Made by a program: the position numbers and the translations under genes. A stretch of 64,000 nt of DNA from Rhynchobatus australiae (lineage: Eukaryota). How positions within the stretch are numbered: the stretch's first letter is position 1; each line of letters opens with the position of its first letter. Positions 37,640-50,200 of the stretch are shown here, piece by piece. The notes below the pieces were generated by a model that saw only the letters and a program-made list of their open reading frames with translations, was not told the DNA's origin and searched no databases. The stretch lies in assembly GCA_034780895.1 (NCBI GenBank), contig JAUZTB010000063.1, positions 33,650,077 through 33,714,076 on the forward strand. The letters run 5' to 3'.

Positions 37640-38270
37640 GCTGTGATTGGCTACGCTGCGGCATGTGTTTCTATGATTGGCTGAGCTGGAGCAGAATGGG
37701 CGGGGCTGCTCTGATTATGTGTGTCGGAGGGTCAGTTTACCTGCACCTGCTGTGATTGGCTGTGCCGGCGGCGGCAGGCAGTGCTGTGATTGGCTGTACC
37801 GGCGGCAGCTGGGGATGCAGGGCCTGCGGCGGCAGGCGGTTTTGTGATTGGCTGTGCCGGCGGCGGTTGGGGATGCTGTGATTGGCTGTGCCTGCGGCGG
37901 CAGGCGGTTCTGTGATTGGCTGAGCCTGCGGCAGGCGTGCTGTGATTGGTCCCTTCTCCCCGCAGAGACGGCAGTGACGATTCGGGCTGGGAGGCGTCAT
38001 GGCAGCGAGAAACTGCGGGGCTCCGCTGGGTGAGGACCGGGGGGCGGCGAGCGGCGAGCGGCGGCCGGGGCCGCTTCAGGATCGCGCCGACAGCGGGCTG
38101 GAGTGGCGCCGCCGGGGCTCGGGCTTCAGTTGGATGAGTTGGAGCATCCGGCGTGTGGAGTGTGGCCCGGGCGCCGGTGGGAGACCGCGCTGGGCCGGCG
38201 GGGAGAGGGGCCCTCGGTCGGATCCTTCCTGCACAGACGACCTGTCGTCCCCAGTGCACGCTGCCCTCGG
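37640..38270 (+). promoter_or_regulatory. DERA: DERA CpG-island promoter with tandem inverted CCAAT array
   Basis: ATTGG at 37646, 37676, 37755, 37789, 37847, 37881, 37915, 37945; GC box GGGCGGGG 37698-37705; CpG-rich through exon 1. Confidence 0.8.
37999..38029 (+). CDS. DERA: DERA exon 1 coding part (MAARNCGAPL)
   Basis: 31 nt; donor G|gtgagg; phase matches exon 2. Confidence 0.9.
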
Positions 38271-41200
38271 GACGGTGGGGTGTGGAGGGGGAGGTGTGGA
38301 GGGGGGGAGAGGTTGGGGAGGGGGAGGTGTGGCTGGGGGGAGAGGTTGGGGAGGGGGAGGTGTGGCTGGGNNNNNNNNNNNNNNNNNNNNNNNNNNNNNN
38401 NNNNNNNNNNNNNNNNNNNNNNNNNNNNNNNNNNNNNNNNNNNNNNNNNNNNNNNNNNNNNNNNNNNNNNCTGGAGGAACTCAGCAGGCCAGGCAGCATC
38501 TGTGGAGAAAAGCAGGCAGTCAACGTTTCGGGTCAGGACCCTTCCTCAGGGCCCTTTTTCATCTAGATTCCGGCATCTGCAGTCCTTTGTTTCTCTGCGG
38601 TGGGGAAGAGGCGGTCACCCACCTCTTTGCAGACTGTGGATTCGCAAAGAGGGTGTGAGGTGGCTGCAAGGGTCTGTGTCCCGGTCCATCTTCAGCAGCT
38701 GCGTGACAGAGGACTCTGATCTATGGGTTGTTCCCGGGGACGCACTGAGGCAGGCATCAGGTGCCGCCTGAAGTTCATCAACTCGGTGAAGGACGCCCTT
38801 TGGTCTGCTTGGAACTTGTTGGTCTTCCAGCACGGCGGGATGTCTGCAGGGGAATGCTCAGGAGGAAGCTAAGTTGGATCAGCTATTCAGGACTTCTGGC
38901 TGAATGTTGTAGTGAATATTTAAGTCTTTTTAGCACTCACATGCTGGGCCCTGTCATTGTAGAGAATGGAGATGCTCTTGGTGTCAACAGAGCTACAAGG
39001 CAATCCATTGGCTGTGAGACTGCTTAACTCTATCTGCTGCATGCTGGTTTTGCTGTTTAGCATGGATGTAATCCTATACTGCAGTTGCACTAGACTGCAT
39101 CTCATCACTTTTCAGCATGGCCAGTATTACTCTCGGCAAGTCCTTCTACACTCCTTATCATATAAAGGATGTTCTCCTGGCTCAATGGTAATAATGGAGC
39201 GAGGGATATGCAGCACCATGAAGTCACAGATTGTAGGAGAGTATAGTTCTGCTAGGTTTTGAACTGTGAGATGTGTTCTCAGTCTTCTACATTTGGCAAG
39301 TTTGTAGTGTGCATTCCTCTTTTAGGGGGTGAAGTTGTGAAATTGGGGTTTGATTCAAGAGCTGGGGGGGTGGTTCCTGCTCTCTCAGAATTTTTATTAT
39401 TTTAAAATTACTTAATATGACCATGTTGTGAGAGTTCATACAGAGATGGGGAGTATCTTGGTGATCATATTACTGGACTGGTGAACCAAAGGTTTAGAAT
39501 CACTATTTGAAGATGTATATGCAAATCCTCCCATAGTAGCTGAGGACTTGAATTCAGTTATAAATTAAAGAAAAACTGGAATAAAAATCTCAAGCGTGAT
39601 GACCCTGAAGCTACTGAAAATCCTAGCAGTTCATTTGTATCCGTGGGGGCACAGTGGAGCTGCTTCCTCACAGCCCCAGTGACCCAGGTTTGATCCTGTC
39701 CGCTAGTACTGTCCTTGTGGAGTTTGCACATTCTCGCTGATCATATGGGTTTTCCCTGGTTGCTCCAGTTTCCTTCCACGTCCCAAGGATGGTAAGTTAA
39801 TTGGCCACTGTAAATTGCCACTTTTGTGTCAGTCAGTGGTAGAACAGTGGGAGTTGATGAGACTGGGGGGGGGGGGGGGAATAGGGGACCGGGGCANNNN
39901 NNNNNNCCCCCAGAGGTGACAGGGAAAATTATTGGATGGGTATGGGATAGCTCTGAGCTGGTTTAGATGATGGACTGAAATGGCCTCCTGTGTTATATGG
40001 GAATATAAAGATAATAAGCTTTCTTTATTGGTCACACGTACATCGAAACGCATCTTTTGTGTAGAGTGTTCTGGCGGCAGCCCACAAATATCACCACGTT
40101 TCTGGCGCCAACGTAGCAAGCCCACAACTTCCTAACCCTTACGTCTTTGGAAGGTGGGAGGAAACCAGAGCACCCAGAGGAAGCCCATGCAGACATGGAG
40201 AGAAACTCCTTACAGACAGTGGCTGGAATTAAATCTGGGTCGCTGGTGCTGTAATAGCGTTACACAAATTGCTACACTAACGCGCCTGCCCGTCAATATA
40301 TCAAATCTTTCCGCAGGGTCCCCGGATTCACAGTGATGTGCTTCTGAGGGGTAATAAAAACCGAACTTGCCATGAATGCTGATCCATATTCCTGGAAGTT
40401 AATTTACAAGTTGCTCTGTTTCTTTCATTACAGCAGTGACTGCACTTAAGTATTTGCTCAAAGTGCTTTGAGTTTTAGGAGGTACATTACAAGTGCAAGT
40501 CTGGCTTCCTTTTACTCAACAAAAATGGTGCAAGTAGTGTGGCACCACTTGGTTTGCATCATTGCATCATCTTAAAGGACATTAAGGCCTAAATGAAGTA
40601 GTGTTAAATTAAATTTTTAAAAAATAATATTTTATTTACAGCATGGTAACAGGCCCTTCCCGCCCAACGAGTCCGTGCCGCCCATTTCAAACCCCAAATT
40701 AACCTACCTGTACAACTTTAGAACGTGGGAGGTAACCGGAGCACCCGGAGGAAACCCATTGCAGACATGGGAGAACGTACAAACTCCAGACAGCGACGAT
40801 CGCTGGTGCTGTAAATAGTGTCGTGCTAACCGCTACGCTACTGTGCCGCCCCTAAAACTAAAAGATTAGTTTTAATCTTTTAGAGAGATTGCTCCAAATC
40901 ATTTCCATTGTTAAGTTGCTTCCTGAGTCCAGATTCTGATTTGTGTTGTGATAGATAATCCATAAAGGTGAAAGTGCTTCATGCTGACCATCGTGGCAAT
41001 TGTGCCTCCAGATTTTGCTTCCAATCCCACTGCAGAGATGAGAGCAAAATTCTAGGCAGATATTTCAGTCATTGTTGATGGAGTGTGGCATTGTTTAAAG
41101 TAAATCTCACATTAAAACCAAGGGCTTGTCTCAATGTCCAAGTAAATCTAAAAGATTTTGTGACTGTGTTTAACAGCAGAAAGTAGTCCCCAGTGTCCAC

Positions 41201-44200
41201 TCAATATTTATCCCTCAGCGAACATCACTGACACAAGCTGGTCATTGCTGTATAGTATTTTGTAGCTTGGTGTGCACATACTGCCTATTGTTTCCTACAA
41301 TAGTGAATATATTTTAAAAATTCTTCATTATAAAGTTGTTTGGGACATCTTGAAAGTGACTTGAGTGTTATTTAAGTGCACTTTTTTTCTTTCTGATATT
41401 ACACTTGCAGGTAAATGGAGCCTCTGTCTGACAGCTGGTAGGGACGAGGTTTGTGCATTATATTAAATGCCCTTGTTTCATCTTTGTACGTGATCCAGTA
41501 GATGCCAAATATAAACACGGATGTCAAAGGACACCTGGGACAATCATAGAAATGAGATTTCTTTGGTAGTAGTGCTATAAGGCAATTACTATCCAACAAT
41601 GAAACGGGCATTGGGATTAATCAATACATGTTAGGCTTTCCAATTGAGGTCTTTTTTTATGGGGAGCAAATTTTGAGGGAATATGTAGATCATAGAACAT
41701 TATAGCACAGTACAGGCCCTTTGGCCCACAATGTTGTGCTGACATTTTACTCTGCTCTAATATCTTTCTAACCCTTCCCTCCCACATTGCCCTCCATTTC
41801 TCTGTCATTCATGTGTCTATCTAAGAGTCTCTTAAATGTCCCTAATGTGTCTGTCCCCACAACCTCTGCTGGCTGTGTGTTCCATGCACCCACCACCTTC
41901 TGTGTGGAAAAAAAAAACTTACTCCTGACATCCCCTTTGTACCTTCTTCCAATCACCTTAAAATTACACCCCCTCATGTTAGCTGTTTTCACCCTGGGAA
42001 AATGTCTCTGATTGTCCACTCAATCTATGCCTCTTACCATCTTGTACACCTCAATCAAGTCACCTCTCATCCTCCTCTCCAAAGAGACAAGCCTTAGCTC
42101 GCTCAACCTATCCTCATAAGACGTGCTCTCCAATCCAGGCAGCATCTTGGTAAATCTCTGCACGCTCTGTGTTGCTAATTATAATCCAGTTGTAACTCTT
42201 GTAATTCTGTTACTAAAGGCTGAAATTTAGATCATCTAAAAGATTTATGGATCAGCTGTTAACTTTTGGGGATAAAAAAAGTGGTTGAATTGTGTTGACA
42301 GTGTGTATATCTGTATATTGGGCTTTATACCTTGTTTCACTGCCCTGTGACAGTTGGTTTGCTGAGAACTAAAAGTAAAAATGCAAATAAACTATTGTTG
42401 CATGCTTCTGGGAAGTTGACAATGAAAGATGTTGGTCTGCTGTAAGTCTCCAGTATGTGAAAGGCAAAGTAATCTATTTTTTTACTTTGTTTTTTAAAAA
42501 TAAGCTATGAGAGAAAGTTTTAAAATGTCATTTGAAGCATCACATCTCACCAAAAATGTAGCGTATCTTGGGAAGCAGAAAAAGATTTAGAGGTCTTCNN
42601 NNNNNNNNNNNNNNNNNNNNNNNNNNNNNNNNNNNNNNNNNNNNNNNNNNNNNNNNNNNNNNNNNNNNNNNNNNNNNNNNNNNNNNNNNNNNNNNNNNNN
42701 NNNNNNNNNNNNNNNNNNNNNNNNNNNNNNNNNNNNNNNNNNNNNNNNNNNNNNNNNNNNNNNNNNNNNNNNNNNNNNNNNNNNNNNNNNNNNNNNNNNN
42801 NNNNNNNNNNNNNNNNNNNNNNNNNNNNNNNNNNNNNNNNNNNNNNNNNNNNNNNNNNNNNNNNNNNNNNNNNNNNNNNNNNNNNNNNNNNNNNNNNNNN
42901 NNNNNNNNNNNNNNNNNNNNNNNNNNNNNNNNNNNNNNNNNNNNNNNNNNNNNNNNNNNNNNNNNNNNNNNNNNNNNNNNNNNNNNNNNNNNNNNNNATT
43001 GCAACTGCAGCAGCATCTCCCTCCTGTGTGCAAAGGTGGTATTGCAACATTTGTGTTTCAGTCAAGAAAAAGTTCCTTTGGTTTAAACAAAAATCATGTA
43101 GCAGGTTGCATAATATGTTCAAAAAAACATTGCCCAATACTGTTTTGGCATTGCTTTATGTTGGAAATGCAGCACAATATGCTGCAAAGTGACGTTAATG
43201 TTGGCCTGTGAACTTTAGAACTATTTCTCTACTTTCTATCAGCTTATTAAATTTTCTGTAGATTTTAATTTGGTGTGGGTGGCTGTGACACTGCATGATG
43301 CTTCTGATAGGAAAGTTATGTGCTTGGAAATCCTATTTCAGAATGGCTTTCCTAGCTTTGTTAGGACGAGAGGAGTAAAACGAAGAAAGCATTGTTCAAG
43401 TGTGGTCTGCAACTTGTAATTATCCCAGTAACCTTTCTTTCCAAGCTGATTCAGAGAGGGTCTATGAAAGACAAAGACCTTGTCTAAGGAATATCATGCT
43501 GTACAAGGTCTCACTGTCATCTGTGTATCAACAGTTTAGGAATGAACCATTTTATTATTTATTTTAAATTGGATTTCAGGCAGCTGGGTAATGCAGTATT
43601 GTAGATCTGACTACTGCATCTGAAATGAACTAATTTGGGAACTGTACTTGTTCCTAGGCCTCATCAGCACAGAGTGAATCTTGCAAACTTTCATATACGA
43701 GGGATTTTTCATGGGTCACAAACATTCAACCTTTAAAGCCACCAATAGAACTTCAGTGCATTGGTTTGCCAAGTTTTTAGAATCTGAAATACAGGCTCCT
43801 AAAGCAAACACTTTGTTGTGTGAAGGGATTACTTGGCAGATAGAGGAAAAGATTCAAGGATGATTCAACGCCTCCCTGACGAAATGCAACATTGCCATTG
43901 GCTCTTGGGAATTCCTGGCCCGTGACAGATCAAAGCAGAGGGGAATTCAGGTATTGAGAAACTCAAGCCCATGCATGGGGAACACAATGCAGTGTAAATG
44001 GTGGGAGGAGCACGCCACCTCCATCATCCCACCTGCCTGTACCGTGAGACATTTCCTGTCCATCTGTGGAAGAGTGTGATTCCTATATTGGGCTCATCAG
44101 AACCCACAGAATTGGAGTGGAAGCAAGTCATTCTCAATACCAAGGAACTGCCTAAAGAGAGACATCATTAATAAATGGAGTGGGAGTTTCATAACTTTGA

Positions 44201-47200
44201 GGATCAATTGACAAAAATTAATTTTTGAATCTGCAAGGATTGCTGTCAGTGTCGAGATGTTATTTATTCCCCTCTCTGATTTCACAGGTTTCAAAACAGA
44301 TTTTAGATTTCAGAATAGTTGTGTGTAACTGACTTTAAATCTTGCACTTCGAAACTGCTGGATACAATTGGCAGAATTGCCAGATAAAGCTGAAGTGATG
44401 TGGATGATGTCAGTCTATCTTGGCTAATCTGTTTAAGCTTTGTCCATGAAGTTGCACCTATGCCTTGCAGCATGTGAACAGTGCATGGGTGAATGTGACA
44501 TCTGGGCATGTTGTTCAGGACTTCGGTAAGTGAATTGTTTGCCAAAAGCACAGTTTTGTCAGTGATATGCCAGTGGCAATGTTCCTCAGCATTTGATGAG
44601 TTGTATTATTTTAAGCTTCCAACGTGCTTTCATAATCTGACTGTCTTTTCAGACTTGGGCTGGATCTCCAGAGTTTGTGTGAATCAACCTGCTGTACTAA
44701 GGCGTGCTGAACAAATTCAGACACGGAGGTGTTTGTCCAAGGAGTGGCAGGTACGTACTTAAGGCTATTTTTCCTTGATGGTCTTGTTGGTGAAGGTGAA
44801 GCCTGTGGGTGTGAAAGAGGCATTGGGTCTGTGGATGTGAAGTTAGCTAAGAAATGGAAGATAAAATTATTAGGAAGTAGTTGCTCTTAATATTGGAGGG
44901 AACTTGCATGGTCCAGCAAGGATTCCATTAGCAGGGCTGAGTTTGACGCCTATTTGTGATCTAGATTTTGATAAAAGAATATAATGTTGTAGCTTGAAGG
45001 TGGCATTATGCCTAGCAATATAGGAAAGCAGCAACAGACAAGAAGTGTATGGACAGACTGAAACATGAGAAGTTAAATTTAATGCAGAAATGTGTTGAAG
45101 GTGCATTTTGAAGGCATCAGTAACTGCAATAAGTGCTGCGAAGATTCAATAAAGCATTTCTCTCAATTTTGTTCTGACGACCTGTATCACCAGAAGGCAA
45201 GGAGCACAGGCATATTGCATGCTCACCTTTTGAGTCACAGACCAACTTGGAAATACACTGCCATGCCTTCATTATCATTAAGACAGAATCCTGGAACTTC
45301 CCCTCCCCTGCTGCAACACCCCCTTAACTAACAACAACAGGAGAGCAGCACAGTGGCACAGTTCAAGCTGCTACTTCACACCTCCAGTGGCCTGGATTTG
45401 ATTTTTGACCTCCAGTGCTGTGTGTATGGAGTGTGCATGTTCTGCCTCTGGCTGCATGGGTTTCCTCTCTCATCGCAAAGACGTATGGGCCCATAGATTA
45501 AAAGGCCACTCCTTCAAAAACTTACCACAGATACACCAAGCCATCTGACTTCCTGTGCTCTTGTTCTGCTTCTAAACTTACAGCTTGCTCCTCGNNNNNN
45601 NNNNNNNNNNNNNNNNNNNNNNNNNNNNNNNNNNNNNNNNNNNNNNNNNNNNNNNNNNNNNNNNNNNNNNNNNNNNTTGAGCACAGTTTCTTCAAGTAAA
45701 AGTGTTTTTCACTTTATAATTAAATAACCTGTCTGCTTTGCTTGACAGGAACTTTCATTTGCATGTATGTGCACACCTCCCTAAATAGACCTTTATAATA
45801 ACTTACCCAAACAGGCCTGTGCAAACAATTTGAGGTTTATTAGTGACTTACATTTTCACGTCTTTGTTGCTGGGCTTTTTCAACAGTGGTGCAAACAAAT
45901 GAATCAATTGAATGGCTTCTGAGAACTAAGCTGGTCAAGAACACTGAATTTATTCACGTGAGGACTTTTGGAAAATTATTTGCAGTAAATGTTCCTCTTG
46001 CCAAGAATGTAATAAATAACCTGCCATCCTTTGGAAAACAATGAAGGAAGAGGGAGATGCTGCTTGAGGGGAGATGAAATAATTCTGCAGTCTGTGGCCG
46101 GCCTTTCCAGTGTAGTGTGAATCCATTTTTATTTTGTTGAAAATGACCCTCGAATATATTTCATCCTCAAAATGTGACACCTTGGAAATCTGAGGTGGTG
46201 CAGCATAAATGCACATGTATTTTCAATGTTGAAATAACTTACTATTACACAATAAGACATCGGGTTTCACTGTGAGCCATAAACTAAAGACCTTCTGCAG
46301 ATGACTACTGTTTGATTTGTGCTGTTACCAGAAATTACAGGAATCATTTTAGTGCAGTCTTTTTGTTTCTATGTAGAATTTTTTCACTAAATCAGCACAT
46401 TGAGTCTGTTCCTATCTTTATTCAGGAAAGAGTAGCAGAAAGGTTATGTAATGGCAGAAAAGACGTCGTAAAATTAGGTGAAGCGCACTTGGAATGATAA
46501 CCAGCTTAGTGAGTGCAACTGAAAAGTAATGACACTTCATTGCACAGTAAATGCACACAAGTGCTGCAGCAATTTGCTGTGGTATGTTTGTAACAAATCT
46601 GGTTGAGAGTTGGCCTTGAGGAGGGTCTGGGGATTCTCACTTTCTAGAATTTTTGTTTTGCAGAGTTTTGACCATATTGGTCAACCAGTTGCTGACTCTT
46701 TGGAGGGGAGGATCTGTGCGCACCCTTCCTTGAACAGGTTCTTGTAATACTTTCTGTAAACAGGCCTGTGTTTGAAATTTATTTCTGATTGACTGCATCA
46801 AGCCTTTGCTACTGTTTTGTACATTGGGCATCTTCAGTCATTTTCTTAAGTGTGGCCAACAGATGGATCAAATTGGATTGAATGACTTCTGAAAGCCAGG
46901 CTAGTCAAAAGACCAGAGTTCAATCCTTTGGATGCTTTTGAGAATACTTAATTACTACATACATTGTAGTTAGAGAATTAAAATGCTCAGTGTGTTACAA
47001 GATGTTGGGGCTGCCTGCAGCCTATACAATAGGATATTTATACATCTTTTCAACATCTCATAGTTCGAATTGGAGAATTGGACTGAAACCATAAAAATGT
47101 TCTCTTAACATTATTCAAACCAAATGGATATTTCTGTGATGTTGTGACAGTCTTTGTCAGAGAGGACAGAGAAAAACATTCATCCACATCCCACCTTGGA

Positions 47201-50200
47201 GCTGTAGTGCAGCGAGCAGGGCCTTGTGGTGTTTCTGCCAGTCAGAGCTTTTGGTGCTGGTTGTAAATGTGTGATCTCTATCTAGTGGTAGAAAATGAGT
47301 ATTGCAGTACTCTCTCTCACAGATCTTGTCACTCAGATTACTCTTTGTGTAATCCACATCCCTATCAACCCCCTTCCCCTGTTGAAGGCTGTCACCTGTA
47401 TTGACCTCACCACACTGTCCGGTGACGACACTCCTTCAAATGTCCAGAGGCTCTGCTATAAAGCTAAGCACCCCATCAGGGAAGACCTGCTGAAGAGTCT
47501 GAGGATGGATGATAAAGGTATGTGGACTGGAACAATGCTAAATGCTTTTGCTGGTGCTATTTATTTTAAATTAATAAAGAAGCCTTTGACCGGAAGACAT
47601 TGAATGCAGATTACTGTACTGTTCTGTCCTAGGCTTCCAAAAAGGGAACAAGTTTGTTCCCTCATAAGTGATCACGCCCTCTCTTAGAGCTAGCATCTCT
47701 TTGGAGGTCGCAGAATTTCCTAGAATTTTTCTGAAATCGTCTGTAGATTTTTGTAGCCTTTTCCAGGAATTATTTAATAAATTAGTGGATGTGGTAGAGG
47801 ATGAGATTTGTTTCTCCCCCTCCAACTTTCACTGCGGCCTTTGGATAGGCTGATATGCATAAATCATTTTTAGAGTTAACAAACATTATAGTACTTAAAG
47901 GGTTCATCTTTGCATTGACCCTATCCTCTTTTCTTTTAAACTTCCTTTCTGTTCTCATCTCTGTGTCAAATAGTCACACAACCATTTAATTTAAAAGTTG
48001 TAAGAGTATAAAAGGCAAAGTTCTTGTTGGAAAATGATGCTAGCTATCAAGTAATCATTGTGGTCTTCATAATCAATCACAAAAGACTTTTAATCTGTTT
48101 ATGTCATATACAACTTGGAATAATAAACCCCCACGAATCTCTCCAGCCCCCTTATGCAACAGTTCTGCCCATTCCAACTTTAAGCTTGAGGGAAGACTTA
48201 GCAGTTCCTGAGCCCAAAGGTAACTAAATCAAAATGCAGTGTGAGATATTCTTGTGTTTCCTATATTCCACCGCCGTCCTTAACTTGTTGCACCCCACTA
48301 CAAGAGGAACGGTTAGGAAGAAGCGTGGGAGCTGTGTGAACCTGGTGCTCACTTTGCAGGGAAGCTCAAGCCTTTTGTCTTCAAGGACCTCGCACAACAT
48401 TGGAAATGGAAAATCTTGCTCACTGTGAAGATTTGGATAGGTCCAGTCCAATGGAATTGAAACAGGATGAAACATCGAGTAAGAAGTGCAAGCGCAGTTG
48501 GAGCTGAATTGTTTGGACAGAGAAGGCTGGTGTTGTGGGGTTTATGACCCACAGGGCCAAGTACTTGGGACAAGGTGAAATGAAGAATTCACAGAACACT
48601 TCTCGTTTAACAGAATTTTTCATTGTAATATAAATACAGTGAAATGTAGGTATACTGGTAGAGTTTATTTTCAAGGAATAATTATTTACACATCTTTAAC
48701 CGAACTATTAATGAGGTTTTTTTTGTTTATAGGTATCACTACTGGTGCGGTGTGTGTTTATCCGTCTAGGGTAGCAGATGCTGTGCAAGCACTGAGGACT
48801 ATACAGTGCAATATTCCTGTTGCCTCAGGTATGACATCAGCAGTCTGGTGCAGAAATTCTGCTTGTATGTTCTGGTGTTAACATCAAATCACTTTATCCT
48901 GTTCAGCATCCTGCTACCAAAACCTGTTTCATCTTCCAGTGCAGGAATTTCCAGTTACACCCTTTTCTGTCCTATTTCTGAACCCCTAATGAAGACCGTC
49001 ATTAACTCAGGATTTATTTGGTGCTGAGCTGTGTGGTTCCCCTGCAGTAATCTTCCTCAAGTAATGTTATACTATAAGCTAGATATATTATGTCTTCCCC
49101 TCTGGTAAGATCCTTCTTCATCCTTCGTCTCACAAAACTTCTCCAGCTTCGTCTGCCCTGCAAAGTTATTTTCCGAACTTGTGCTTTATTTCAAATTAAA
49201 TCAAGGGAAGGCTTGGTTCCATCCCTGCCATAGTAATCTCCTGTTGCCAGACATTTCCTGCGTGCATCCTTCCTGCTCCTCTAACACTGGATTTCGCTGT
49301 CCCCTGCTCCATTGGAATTCTCTCAGCTCTGCTCCCCCCCCCTGACATTCTTTGCCTAATTTCCAATCAATTCTGGATCCCTTTTTGTTTTTCAGTTGTT
49401 CAGTGATGTGAAATATACTCCTCACCTGGGGGAAGACGATGTAAGCTTGTTCCCCATAATAACTGAAACCAATTTTTTTTATGTACAACAGTGGCAACTG
49501 GTTTTCCCGCTGGACAGACACCACTGTCTGTACGCTTGCAGGAGATAAAACTAGCTATTCAAGATGGTGCTACCGAAATTGATATTGTAATTAACAGAAC
49601 TTTGGTGCTGAAAGGCCAATGGGAAGGTAAGGGCTGTTCATCTGTAAACAAATAAAAACTGATCAGATAATAATTGTATTTTGTTTAAAAAAAATCATTC
49701 CTGTGATGGTTTGTTTAGATTCTCTTCTGAGCCAAGCTTGTTAAACGGGAAATAGTTATTTTTGGGTCTGTTATATAAAACGTTGTCACTATTGAGATTA
49801 GATACTCAAGAAGTCATTAAAGACTCTTGTAGCACTAGTTTTACTGAAGAGCTTCACTGTGGTGACCACGCATCAAAAAATTGTGCTACACCCGCCATAA
49901 AATGTTCCCTATAATTCCTTAGTGTTGAATTAAATGGGGTATTGATCGGAGCAAAGGAAAGCTGATTTCCCAGAGGCAAGAAAGGAAANNNNNNNNNNNN
50001 NNNNNNNNNNNNNNNNNNNNNNNNNNNNNNNNNNNNNNNNNNNNNNNNNNNNNNNNNNNNNNNNNNNNNNNNNNNNNNNNNNNNNNNNNNNNNNNNNNNN
50101 NNNNNNNNNNNNNNNNNNNNNNNNNNNNNNNNNNNNNNNNNNNNNNNNNNNNNNNNNNNNNNNNNNNNNNNNNNNNNNNNNNNNNNNNNNNNNNNNNNNN

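Noticed and set aside
37750-37950. CRISPR-like appearance of regularly spaced repeats (also 37015-37160)
   Set aside because: The intervening sequences are related to each other, there are no cas genes, and the context is vertebrate; these are minisatellites.
37732-38771. Overlapping long Pro/Ala/Gly-rich ORFs on both strands
   Set aside because: By-product of the CpG island, minisatellite and gap; only 37999-38029 is real coding sequence (DERA exon 1).
47368-47369. AC at the expected DERA exon 3 boundary as a U12 AT-AC acceptor
   Set aside because: The upstream donor is GTACGT rather than RTATCCT, no U12 branch site is visible, and the codons would read PLP rather than AAW.
48224-48600. 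Coding-like stretch in DERA intron 3 (similar case at 51362-51634)
   Set aside because: No recognisable domain or consistent splice signals; possibly an old transposon relic but unsupported without a search.
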